DNA of 35,454 bases from a virus. Lineage: Duplodnaviria; Caudoviricetes. Location: IMG/VR virus record IMGVR_UViG_3300049192_000018, positions 1 through 35,454 of that record; one strand, given 5' to 3'. Shown here one piece after another: positions 17,843 through 26,247 of this stretch. The notes below the pieces were generated by a model that saw only the letters and a program-made list of their open reading frames with translations, searched no databases and was not told the DNA's origin. Each line of letters begins with the position of its first letter. The stretch's first letter is position 1. The translations under genes were made by a program, and so were the position numbers.

Positions 17843-18249
17843 GTATCGAAGCAATCAAGTCGCTGTTCATCAGCGTTACGCCTGTAGGCAGTCGCGTCAC
17901 ATGCAACCCGCCGCCGAGTGACACAGACCAGGATTATCTGGTACTGGTATCGCCAGAGAAGTGGGGCGACCTGGAAGAAATGTTGAGCGACTGGGATCAT
18001 GACGGCTCTGATGTATCGAGCGATGTGCAGGACGCCGCGCTATCGTTCCAGTACTATTCGCTTGGCGATATGAACATCATCGCCACGAAGTGCACTGAAT
18101 TCCATCGCCGCTTCCTGGCGGCCAGCAGCGTTGCGAAACGCCTCAACCTGCTGAACAAGGCTGATCGCGTTGCGTTGTTCCAGGCTGTGCTTTATGGAAA
18201 CCTTGCGCCAGATCGAGCGCCGATACCAGAGCCTGCCGACTTTCTGTAA
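17839..18249 (+). CDS. Putative minimal nucleotidyltransferase (Pol beta superfamily)
   Basis: GTG start in GTGA overlap after GGAGG; VGS-x11-DQD-YLVLV. Confidence 0.55.
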   Translation: MSIEAIKSLFISVTPVGSRVTCNPPPSDTDQDYLVLVSPEKWGDLEEMLSDWDHDGSDVSSDVQDAALSFQYYSLGDMNIIATKCTEFHRRFLAASSVAKRLNLLNKADRVALFQAVLYGNLAPDRAPIPEPADFL

Positions 18250-18257
18250 TCTGCGGC

Positions 18258-18297
18258 AAACCCACCAGAGGAACGAACAGCCCAGCAAGTTCAAGCT
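18258..18297 (+). promoter_or_regulatory. Activator-dependent promoter candidate A
   Basis: AAACCCACCAGAGG + 20 nt + CAAGCT. Confidence 0.65.
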
Positions 18298-18310
18298 GGG
18301 CTTTTCTTTT
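18279..18310 (+). terminator. Intrinsic terminator
   Basis: AGCCCAGC-8 nt-GCTGGGCT then TTTCTTTT. Confidence 0.8.
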
Positions 18311-18322
18311 ACTGGGGCGGAT

Positions 18323-18769
18323 ATGTCGGAACATCGAATTCAGAACGAAGGCCGGAACGCGCTGGCCCAGCCTGGCATCTTCAACACCCGCGCGAACGTC
18401 GGCAAGGCGTGGACTGGCAGCGAGTGCATCAGGCTGTCGAACGGCGACATGCTGATTAAGAACCCTCGCCCATTCGACACCGGCCTGCCGACTGGTTTCA
18501 CGGACACGTTCGGCGTCACGTCCGAAGTCATCACGCAGGAAATGGTTGGCAGCACCATCGGCGTGGCGCACTTCATCGAATACAAGGATAAATCGCGCGC
18601 GACGCCGAAGCAGCTTGCCTTCCTGCGGGCCATGAATCGCCTGGGCGCACGTGCTGGCGTGGCCAGGTCCGCAGCTGAAGCTGTCGCCATCGCCAAAGGA
18701 CAGCAGCAATGCACGCTTTGCGGCGGCGCAGGACACACGCCTGCGTACTGCCCATGGGGCGCATCGTGA
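18323..18769 (+). CDS. VRR-NUC nuclease with C-terminal CCHC zinc knuckle
   Basis: MSEH.IQN, R.NVG, GLP.GF.D..G, FIEYK, Q..FL..M; start moved to ATG 18323. Confidence 0.88.
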   Translation: MSEHRIQNEGRNALAQPGIFNTRANVGKAWTGSECIRLSNGDMLIKNPRPFDTGLPTGFTDTFGVTSEVITQEMVGSTIGVAHFIEYKDKSRATPKQLAFLRAMNRLGARAGVARSAAEAVAIAKGQQQCTLCGGAGHTPAYCPWGAS

Positions 18770-19086
18770 GACCCGCTGAATTCGCACGGCGGCGCGACCG
18801 CATCATGCACGCGTCGGGCCGCAGCAACGCCTGGCGCAAGCGAGCGCTGCAGCACCTGGCGCGCGAAGCCAATGCCGCAACTGAAACGACTTCAGGGAAT
18901 CGCGTGCTGTCGTGGCGTTTAAACAACGGCCAGCACGTGTGCGCGAAGCATCGCTACGTCAGCGAAACGCAGGCCACCGATGCCATCTGTGAAATGCAGC
19001 GCCAGCATGATGGCAGGCGCAAACCGATTCGCGCGTATGCCTGCTACTACTGCTTCGGTTGGCACATCACTTCGCAGCCGAAGTGA
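18766..19086 (+). CDS. Hypothetical protein with YxCxxCxGWH motif
   Basis: GTGA overlap start; C.K.RY...RAYACYYCFGWHITS. Confidence 0.72.
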   Translation: MRPAEFARRRDRIMHASGRSNAWRKRALQHLAREANAATETTSGNRVLSWRLNNGQHVCAKHRYVSETQATDAICEMQRQHDGRRKPIRAYACYYCFGWHITSQPK

Positions 19087-19124
19087 CGCGCAGTGATCGG
19101 CAATAATTTACATCTAAGTATCCG

Positions 19125-19148
19125 CGCGCATACTTTCTGATGTACAAT
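19125..19148 (+). promoter_or_regulatory. Promoter for HTH/primase operon
   Basis: TACAAT at 19143-19148 in AT-rich gap, CGCGCAT upstream. Confidence 0.5.
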
Positions 19149-19181
19149 TGAGTTTCCAACCAACATTTCATATTGATATTT

Positions 19182-19385
19182 ATGTCCGATCGGAACGAAG
19201 AACTGCGCAAGATCATGCGCGACAACAAGCTGAAGACGCGCGACGTTGCGAAGCTGCTGGGCCGTCAGCCGATCACCGTGCGCATTTGGCTGTGCCAGGG
19301 CGAGAAGACTGACCGCGTGATTCCAGCCGAACAGCTGGACCGCCTGAAAGACAAACTCGCACTGCAGGCAGCCACCAAGAAATGA
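19182..19385 (+). CDS. Cro-like HTH protein
   Basis: LRKIM....LKTRDVAKLLGRQPITVRIW; immediately upstream of primase. Confidence 0.78.
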   Translation: MSDRNEELRKIMRDNKLKTRDVAKLLGRQPITVRIWLCQGEKTDRVIPAEQLDRLKDKLALQAATKK

Positions 19386-21697
19386 CTGCACAGCAACGTC
19401 ACGACTTCAGCGACCTGACGCGCGAAGAAATCAGGGACGCACTGTCCTACATCAACGCGAGCGACCGCGATGCATGGCTGCGCGCTGCGTTTGCGATCCA
19501 GCACGAACTGGGACCGGATGGTTTCGACCTGTGGCACGACTGGAGCCGAACAGGTGATGGCTACAATGAACCCGATGCACGGGCCACCTGGCGTTCGGCG
19601 AAGGCTGGCGGCAACCAAAAAGGCACCGTCACCATCGGTTCGCTGATCGCTGAAGCGCAGGCGTTCGGCTTCAAGTTCAAATCCGAAGACCGCACGCCGA
19701 TTAGCCAGGAAGAAATCGACCGCCGCCAGCGCGAGCGTGACGAACGCGAAGCCCAGGCGAAGGCCGAAGCAGAACGCCGCCGTGCTGATGCATGCCGCAA
19801 GGCCGCTGCCATTTGGGACGCCGCCGAAGACATCGACGGCATGGACCACGCCTACCTGGAGCGCAAGCAAGTTCGCGCCTTCGGGCTGCGCGTCGGCACC
19901 TATCGCGGCATTCCTAACAGCCTGCTGATCCCGCTGCGCCTGATCGACGGCACGCTGGCAAGCCTGCAGGCCATTTTTGAGAACGCCAGCCCGATGCTGG
20001 AAGGGCGGGACCGCGACTACCTGCCAGGCGGCCAGAAGTTCGGCGCGTTCCACATCATCGGCGACAAGCCAAGCGGACTGCAGCCGGTCATCCTGGTGGG
20101 CGAAGGCTATTCGACCTGTGCCAGCGCGCACATGGCCACCGGCTACCCTGTGGCCGTCGCGTTCGACAGCGGCAACCTGCGCAACGTCGGCGCGGCCATG
20201 CGTAACCTGTACCCGAACGCCATCATCATCATGCTGGCCGATAACGACTGCTGGCACGAAGACCCGAACAAGCCGAACGACGGTATGCGCCAGGCAGCAC
20301 AGGCGGCCCAGGTGGCGGCTGCGCTAGTGGCTGTGCCGAAGTTTTCCGACGTGTCGAGCAAGCCGACCGACTTCAACGACTTGCATCTGCTGGACGGCCT
20401 GGACGCTGTGCGCGCGCAGATCGAAGCCGCGCTGCCGAAGAAAGCAGCCAACGACAACGAACCGCTGTATCCGCTGGACGCTCCGATTAATCCGTTCGGC
20501 TACCCGCACCTGTCGGACAAGGGCCAGCCGCTGAACACGGTTGAAAACCTGGAATTCATGCTGGGGCAGTATGGCATCACGGCGCGCTACAACCAGACGC
20601 GCAAGGCCGTGGAAGTCGTGCTGCCAGGCCGTCGCTACACCATCGACAACGCGGCGAACTGCAGCCTGGCCGAACTGACCAGCATAGCCGTGCGCAACCG
20701 CATGCCGCAGTCGAACCTGTCCGACTACACGAAGCTGATTGCCGACCGCAACGCCTACAATCCTGTTTGCGACTGGATCGACAGCCGCCCATGGGATGGC
20801 GTGCCGCGCATCCAGCAGCTGCTGGACACAGTGAAGACTGAAGGCGACCAGGCGCTGAAGGACAAGCTGATGTATCGCTGGCTGCTGTCGGCTGTGGCGT
20901 CCGTGTTCATGCCCTACGACTTCGAAGGACATGGCTGCCTGGTGTTCACCGGACCGCAGGGTATCGGCAAAACTACCTGGTTCCGTCGCCTGGTCCCAGC
21001 CGAACTGCGCCTGGTGCTGACTGGTGCCATGCTGGACCCCGCAGACAAGGACAGCAAAACGCTGGTGCTGTCGCACTGGATTGTAGAACTGGGCGAACTG
21101 GATGCGACATTCAGGAAGGCCGACATTGCTCGCCTGAAATCGTTCATCCCGCTGCCGAGCGACAAGCTGCGCCGTCCGTATGATCGCGTCGAAAGCGAGT
21201 ACCAGCGCCGCACCGTGTTCTGCGCTTCCGTCAACGATGACAAGTACCTGGTGGACGATACCGGCAATCGCCGCTGGTGGACCATTCCAGTGATCTGGAT
21301 CGACTACCGGCACGACATCGACATGCAGCAAGTGTGGGCCGAACTGCTGGTGCATTACCAGCGCGGCGAACAGTTCCACTTGACGCCGGAAGAAAACGAC
21401 GCGCTGGGCAAACTGAACGCTGAACACGAAGCCGTGGACCCAGTAGAGGAAATGATTCTGGCCGCGTTCAAGTGGGACGAAGCGTTGCGCACGTCGCGCA
21501 TGACGGCCAGCGAAGTGCTGGTGGCAATTGGGTTCGACAAGCCGACGAAGGCGAACGCCACGCACGCCAGCAAGGTGCTGAAGAAGCTTACGGGCGGCGA
21601 TCCGAAGAAATCGGGCAGCGCGCGCTACTTCGAAATGCCAGCGCGCACACGTGGCAACAAATCAAATCCGCTGGACGATCCTGACAGGCCATTCTGA
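19382..21697 (+). CDS. DNA primase-helicase (PriCT-2 + Toprim + VirE/VapE-like ATPase)
   Basis: W..WS....Y PriCT-2; YLERK, GEGYST, AFDSGNL, ADND, DFND Toprim; GPQGIGKT, ELGELD, DDTGNRRWW. Confidence 0.94.
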   Translation: MTAQQRHDFSDLTREEIRDALSYINASDRDAWLRAAFAIQHELGPDGFDLWHDWSRTGDGYNEPDARATWRSAKAGGNQKGTVTIGSLIAEAQAFGFKFKSEDRTPISQEEIDRRQRERDEREAQAKAEAERRRADACRKAAAIWDAAEDIDGMDHAYLERKQVRAFGLRVGTYRGIPNSLLIPLRLIDGTLASLQAIFENASPMLEGRDRDYLPGGQKFGAFHIIGDKPSGLQPVILVGEGYSTCASAHMATGYPVAVAFDSGNLRNVGAAMRNLYPNAIIIMLADNDCWHEDPNKPNDGMRQAAQAAQVAAALVAVPKFSDVSSKPTDFNDLHLLDGLDAVRAQIEAALPKKAANDNEPLYPLDAPINPFGYPHLSDKGQPLNTVENLEFMLGQYGITARYNQTRKAVEVVLPGRRYTIDNAANCSLAELTSIAVRNRMPQSNLSDYTKLIADRNAYNPVCDWIDSRPWDGVPRIQQLLDTVKTEGDQALKDKLMYRWLLSAVASVFMPYDFEGHGCLVFTGPQGIGKTTWFRRLVPAELRLVLTGAMLDPADKDSKTLVLSHWIVELGELDATFRKADIARLKSFIPLPSDKLRRPYDRVESEYQRRTVFCASVNDDKYLVDDTGNRRWWTIPVIWIDYRHDIDMQQVWAELLVHYQRGEQFHLTPEENDALGKLNAEHEAVDPVEEMILAAFKWDEALRTSRMTASEVLVAIGFDKPTKANATHASKVLKKLTGGDPKKSGSARYFEMPARTRGNKSNPLDDPDRPF

Positions 21698-22173
21698 TGA
21701 AAACCTTCACCACGTTCGACGGCCACCAGGTTGACGGCAGCAGCGAAGAATGGCGGCACCATTGCGAAGCGCGCACCGTGCTGCGCATGCCGACCAGTGA
21801 GCGTCAGGCGTTCCTGAACCTGGTAGGCAAGCGACGCGGCGACGAAGCGATGAACCAGCTGCGCAATACCGTGCAGCGTATGTGGACCGATGACACAGCG
21901 CGCGAAATCATCGCACTGGCGCGCAAAGACCTGCTGGCGAGCGAACAGCGCCTGGAGCGCATCGGCAGGAACGGAACGCTGGGCGAACGACTTCGCGCTG
22001 GCGTCGAACGAAGGATGCAGGAAATAATTTCAAGCGGCCACACCGCGAGCAATGACAACGACTGGAAGCAACCAGCACCAAAGATGGAAACACCAAAGCA
22101 GCAAACTGCAGCACCACAACGGAAGCCCCATCAGGAACGAGAAGTCCGGGACTGGTGGAACGAAGCAAGTTAG
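21697..22173 (+). CDS. Hypothetical phage protein
   Basis: SEEWRHHCEAR.VL...R..FL..V..RRG motif; TGATG coupling to primase. Confidence 0.78.
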   Translation: MKTFTTFDGHQVDGSSEEWRHHCEARTVLRMPTSERQAFLNLVGKRRGDEAMNQLRNTVQRMWTDDTAREIIALARKDLLASEQRLERIGRNGTLGERLRAGVERRMQEIISSGHTASNDNDWKQPAPKMETPKQQTAAPQRKPHQEREVRDWWNEAS

Positions 22174-22206
22174 AACATTTCATAACCAACGAACTGAAAG
22201 GGAAGC

Positions 22207-23076
22207 ATGAATAAAGTATTTTTTGGTGATTGCCGCGACAGCCTGAAAGAAATGGCGAAAGACGACGTTAGGGTGCAAATGTGCGTTACAAGCCCGCCTT
22301 ACTTCGGTCTGCGCGACTATGGTCATGACGGCCAGGTGGGGCTGGAAGAAACGCCAGATGAATATGTTGCCGCGATGGTAGAAGTATTCCGCGCTGTGCG
22401 CGATGTGCTGGCAGATGACGGCACGCTATGGCTGAATATCGGCGATACCTATGCAGCAAATCGTGGCTACCAGGTTCCAAGCACCAAGGGCGGCGCGAAG
22501 CATGCACCAGCGCAAGGGTTCGAAAACAGCGGAATGAAAGTCCCGCCAGGCATGAAGGCAAAAGACCTGATCGGCATTCCGTGGATGCTGGCGTTCGCCC
22601 TTCGCTCAGATGGTTGGTATTTGCGCCAGGACATCATTTGGAACAAGCCTAACGCGATGCCTCAGAGTGTCCGCGACAGGTGCAACAGCAGTCATGAACA
22701 CATCTTCCTGCTGTCGAAGCGAGGAAAATACTTTTTCGATCACCTAGCAATTCAAGAGCGCGCTGCAAACGACAATGACGGCCAGGCGATGCGCAACAAA
22801 CGTGACGTATGGAGCGTCAACACAAAGGGATACAAGGGCGCACATGATGCAGTTTTCCCGCCAGCGCTTATCGAGCCGTGCATTCTGGCTGGCAGCCGCC
22901 CTGGCGACATCGTACTGGACCCGTTCATGGGCAGTGGCACAACGGCAGCCGTGGCCGTCCAGCATGGCCGCCAGTACATCGGCTGCGAACTGAATCCGGC
23001 ATACGAGCCGCTGCAGATTGAGCGCATCGGCAAGGCGGCCAACGACAACCAACCGAAGGAGGAAGCCGCAGCATGA
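22207..23076 (+). CDS. DNA methyltransferase, N4-C/N6-A beta class
   Basis: VTSPPY catalytic motif before VLDPFMGSGTT SAM-binding motif. Confidence 0.95.
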   Translation: MNKVFFGDCRDSLKEMAKDDVRVQMCVTSPPYFGLRDYGHDGQVGLEETPDEYVAAMVEVFRAVRDVLADDGTLWLNIGDTYAANRGYQVPSTKGGAKHAPAQGFENSGMKVPPGMKAKDLIGIPWMLAFALRSDGWYLRQDIIWNKPNAMPQSVRDRCNSSHEHIFLLSKRGKYFFDHLAIQERAANDNDGQAMRNKRDVWSVNTKGYKGAHDAVFPPALIEPCILAGSRPGDIVLDPFMGSGTTAAVAVQHGRQYIGCELNPAYEPLQIERIGKAANDNQPKEEAAA

Positions 23077-23438
23077 ACAACACACCACACCCTGATGACC
23101 TGGCCGTTGACGCATTCGCAGCGGCCATGAAAGCGAAGATGGCCGACCAGCGCGCGAAAGGATATCAAGGCTGGGAAGACCCCGAACAATGCCCTGCGTC
23201 GCGCCTGCGCCACATGCTGGTGATGCACATCGCCAAGGGCGACCCGGTGGACGTTGGCAACTTCGCCATGATGCTGTTCATGCGCGGCGAACGCACGATG
23301 CGCGAACCGCAGCCATGTGAGGATGCGACCGCACAGCTGGCGCTGGCACGCATCGAAGAACAGCAGGCAAAACGCGACCGCAGGCTGGCAGCTGAGCAGC
23401 GCCGCGATGTGGATCGCCGAAATGCAGGTGCAGCATGA
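23073..23438 (+). CDS. Hypothetical phage protein
   Basis: HPDDLAVDAFAAAMK.K...R.KG..GW...HI.KGDPVDV.NF.MM. Confidence 0.82.
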   Translation: MNNTPHPDDLAVDAFAAAMKAKMADQRAKGYQGWEDPEQCPASRLRHMLVMHIAKGDPVDVGNFAMMLFMRGERTMREPQPCEDATAQLALARIEEQQAKRDRRLAAEQRRDVDRRNAGAA

Positions 23439-23728
23439 AGAATTTCTATGAAGTGGGGCGCGTGTACGTTTGGCAGAACCAGGTGGGCGATTTGGAATGC
23501 TATAACGGCATGGAATGCACCGTGACTGGTCCTGAAGTGGAATTCGTTGCACACCCTGACAACAAAGTCATGGCAGGATGGCCGACAGATACGCCGCTGA
23601 TGCCATGGCATCGTGGCGTGTCAACCTGTCTTTACGCAGTGCCTGGCGACCTACGTCCGAAGAACCCGCCGCCTGGCGAACAGTCCGTGCTGGATATGTT
23701 CAATCTGAACGACCTGGTGGATGCATAG
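23435..23728 (+). CDS. Hypothetical protein
   Basis: ATGA overlap; ends just before terminator. Confidence 0.75.
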   Translation: MKNFYEVGRVYVWQNQVGDLECYNGMECTVTGPEVEFVAHPDNKVMAGWPTDTPLMPWHRGVSTCLYAVPGDLRPKNPPPGEQSVLDMFNLNDLVDA

Positions 23729-23756
23729 CTGGCGCTGTAAGTCGTTTAAACACAAC

Positions 23757-23782
23757 AACCCGCCTCGGCGGGTTTTGTTTTT
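23757..23782 (+). terminator. Intrinsic terminator
   Basis: AACCCGC-CTCG-GCGGGTT then TTGTTTTT. Confidence 0.88.
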
Positions 23783-23802
23783 GCAACAAATCGCGCAAAT
23801 TG

Positions 23803-23833
23803 TTTACACGCGCATATAAACCTGAGGTAGAAT
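23803..23833 (+). promoter_or_regulatory. Sigma70-type promoter
   Basis: TTTACA at 23803 and TAGAAT at 23828, directly after terminator. Confidence 0.55.
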
Positions 23834-23882
23834 GTTGTTCATGGGCGCTGCACTTCGCGGCGCGGAATGAAAGGGCAAGGAA

Positions 23883-24026
23883 ATGAGTGACGCAGAAAAG
23901 ATTGCAATGCTTAAACTTCGTTTGGATCAAATAGTCGGCGAAATCAGCGTCCACGGTTCAATCGACTACCGAGATTGGCGAGTAGAAAAAGCCAAAGAAT
24001 TGCTGGAATTGCTGAAAGCCGCCTAA
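23883..24026 (+). CDS. 47-aa hypothetical protein (below ORF-track cutoff)
   Basis: MSDAEKIAMLKLRLDQIVGEISVHGSIDYRDWRVEKAKELLELLKAA*; purine-rich RBS; first gene after promoter. Confidence 0.7.
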   Translation: MSDAEKIAMLKLRLDQIVGEISVHGSIDYRDWRVEKAKELLELLKAA

Positions 24027-24071
24027 ACCAACCCCGCGCCCTTCGGGGCGCATCATCGAAAGGACAAGAGA

Positions 24072-24233
24072 ATGTACAAGTACAACGTTTATCACCTGGG
24101 CGTGTTCGTTCGCAGCATCCAGGCAAACAGCGCCTATCACGCAATCTCTATGCTCACGAAGGGCCGCTGCGATAAGAGCCAGTACACAGCTATGAACACC
24201 GAAACGCCCTATGTGAACCAGCGCTGGGTTTAG
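24072..24233 (+). CDS. 53-aa hypothetical protein (below ORF-track cutoff)
   Basis: MYKYNVYHLGVFVRSIQANSAYHAISML...QRWV*; RBS AAAGGA. Confidence 0.7.
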   Translation: MYKYNVYHLGVFVRSIQANSAYHAISMLTKGRCDKSQYTAMNTETPYVNQRWV

Positions 24234-24327
24234 CCCGCCCACACCCAGCACCACCACACGCCGCGCACGACGCGGCTTTGTCCGTGAAGGCGTCGGCATG
24301 GGGCTGGCGCGGCAACGAAAGGAATTT

Positions 24328-24744
24328 ATGAAACTCTGCATAGCGTATGCTTCGGGCGGCATGAAGATGCTGGCAACGGTCGATCAGCCTAACGAGTACG
24401 TCGCACACGTGTTTAACAAAGGCGACGGCGATTTTGCCGATGAAATTCTGCAGGCTGTCAACGCACACGACGACCTGGTGGCAAGCAATAAGAAGCTGCG
24501 CGACCGCATCGAAGAAATGAAGCAGTCCGGGCTGGCTATGCTGGAACACGAAGCGAAGCGCACCAGGGAATGCCTGGAACTGCGCGACCAGGTGCAGCAG
24601 CTGATCGATGCGTTGAAACCGCTGATCGAAATCGCGGAAGAACACTGCGATGCTGGCCCGCATGATGAAGGCTGGCAGTCGGATGAACTGCTGGCGAAGA
24701 TCGCTTTTGCGAACGCAGCACTGGCCGCAGCGGGTGCAGCATGA
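24328..24744 (+). CDS. Hypothetical coiled-coil protein
   Basis: RBS AAAGGA before MKLCIAY; AVNAHDDLV and A.AALAAA patterns common in phage accessory proteins. Confidence 0.75.
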   Translation: MKLCIAYASGGMKMLATVDQPNEYVAHVFNKGDGDFADEILQAVNAHDDLVASNKKLRDRIEEMKQSGLAMLEHEAKRTRECLELRDQVQQLIDALKPLIEIAEEHCDAGPHDEGWQSDELLAKIAFANAALAAAGAA

Positions 24745-24851
24745 TGGGCCTGGCTGTGTTTGCTGGCGGTTTCGCCGTCACGTTCGTTGTGCTGGCGCTG
24801 GCTGTGCGGTTGTATTGCCGCATGGCGCGTAAGCAGCACGCTGCGAACTGA
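24741..24851 (+). CDS. 36-aa single-pass membrane peptide
   Basis: MMGLAVFAGGFAVTFVVLALAVRLYCRMARKQHAAN*; ATGA overlap. Confidence 0.6.
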   Translation: MMGLAVFAGGFAVTFVVLALAVRLYCRMARKQHAAN

Positions 24852-24877
24852 AGTCACTTCAACAACCGAAAGGACTT

Positions 24878-25528
24878 ATGGATACCAAACTGAAAGAGGC
24901 TGTGGGGCGTGTGCGGGGATACATGCAGGCACGCGGGCAAAGTTCGCTACTGGACAGGAACGAAATTCACACGATCTATTCGAACGGCTGGCCAGCGTTG
25001 AATATGGATGACCTGCGGGCGCTGGTGGATGGCGTGGAGCAGCGCAGCAAGGACGCCGACAACTGGGCAGGCGCATGTGCTGGTGCTGAAGATGAACGCG
25101 ACCTGGCGCGTGCTGCCTTGGATCGCGCCAGAACCGCCATCAAGGTTGGCATGCCGGAATACAGCCTGGACGACGTGGCGGAAATCATCGAAGCGGGGCT
25201 GGGTGGCCAGGCGGAAAGCGGCAAGCCGTTTACATGGGCGGACCACGTTGCCGTCTTCAATGGCAAGTACAACCAGGTGCGCGACGAAGCGGCGGAATTG
25301 ATCGCGGGGCAGCGCAAGGCCCTGGACGCCTGGAACGACACCCGCACGCAGATTCTGGAAGCGCTGTGCGCGCCTTCGCTGCGTGTTACGCCAGTAGTTG
25401 CGGTGAAGACTTGGCAGGAGCGCGCCGAAGAAAGTGGCGCAGATGCGCTTACCGTAGACCAGTGCATGAAGTTGGCAGAAACGGAAATCGCCGACCTGCG
25501 CGCAGCACTCGCCCAGGTGCGGCAGTGA
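24878..25528 (+). CDS. Hypothetical protein
   Basis: RBS AAAGGA; 216 aa helical ORF in operon direction. Confidence 0.78.
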   Translation: MDTKLKEAVGRVRGYMQARGQSSLLDRNEIHTIYSNGWPALNMDDLRALVDGVEQRSKDADNWAGACAGAEDERDLARAALDRARTAIKVGMPEYSLDDVAEIIEAGLGGQAESGKPFTWADHVAVFNGKYNQVRDEAAELIAGQRKALDAWNDTRTQILEALCAPSLRVTPVVAVKTWQERAEESGADALTVDQCMKLAETEIADLRAALAQVRQ

Positions 25529-25905
25529 TCGACCGAACCGAACGGCTACTGCGCGCCATGCCAGGCACGCACAACGAACTGATCGAGCGCACCGGCATGG
25601 GCAAGTCCACCGTGAAGCGCTGGACGGTGCTGCTGCGGGCCTGCGGATGGGTTCACGTGCCGAAATGGGTGCGCAGTGATGGGCCTGGGCGCATCCAGCC
25701 AGTGTTTCGCGCAGGGCCAGGTGTGAACGTTCCGTGCGACTTGCCTGTGTTGACCCCACAGGAACGCGTCGAGCGGCACCGCAAGCGCGCCAAGCTGTCG
25801 GGCGAACACCAGCACAAGCTGGCCAGGGAGCGAGCGCAGAAGAAAGCGGCTCGCGTTCGAAAACGTGGAAGACCTGCGACGCCGTGGGATGCGTTGATGA
25901 TGTGA
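25525..25905 (+). CDS. Basic winged-HTH protein
   Basis: GTGA overlap start; THNELIERTGMGKSTVKRWT..L...GWVH. Confidence 0.72.
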   Translation: MIDRTERLLRAMPGTHNELIERTGMGKSTVKRWTVLLRACGWVHVPKWVRSDGPGRIQPVFRAGPGVNVPCDLPVLTPQERVERHRKRAKLSGEHQHKLARERAQKKAARVRKRGRPATPWDALMM

Positions 25906-25908
25906 GAG

Positions 25909-25931
25909 AACCCGCCTAGTGCGGGTTTTTT
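25909..25931 (+). terminator. Intrinsic terminator
   Basis: AACCCGC-CTAGT-GCGGGTT then TTTT. Confidence 0.9.
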
Positions 25932-25941
25932 CATGCCCGCA

Positions 25942-26161
25942 AAATCGCTTGTCCCACATTGCCCCTGTCAGTCTCTTGTTTGTCCCAACATAACTATCTG
26001 ATTATTAAGTACTAAGTACTACTTGGGACAAGTGGGACAAGATATTTATAAAAACATAGAAGCTATCGATAGAGAATATGCGCATGCATAATAGCCCGTA
26101 CCCTTTTTTATAAATCGCGTCCCACTTGTCCCTTTGTCCCAAATTGCTGTTGCTTGTCCCA
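25942..26161. repeat. Iteron array, putative replication origin
   Basis: Eight (TT)GTCCC(A) copies in both orientations around an AT-rich core; non-coding. Confidence 0.78.
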
Positions 26162-26247
26162 AACATCACGCATGAAACATTGCGCGTTCGTATCTATTTC
26201 CACTCGCCTATATTACAATTCGGCATCTACATTTCACGGATGCCAAC

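Noticed and set aside
22207-23076. Restriction-modification system
   Set aside because: No adjacent endonuclease; orphan methyltransferases are common in temperate phages
25942-26161. CRISPR-like array
   Set aside because: Repeats are 6-8 nt, in both orientations, irregularly spaced; no cas genes
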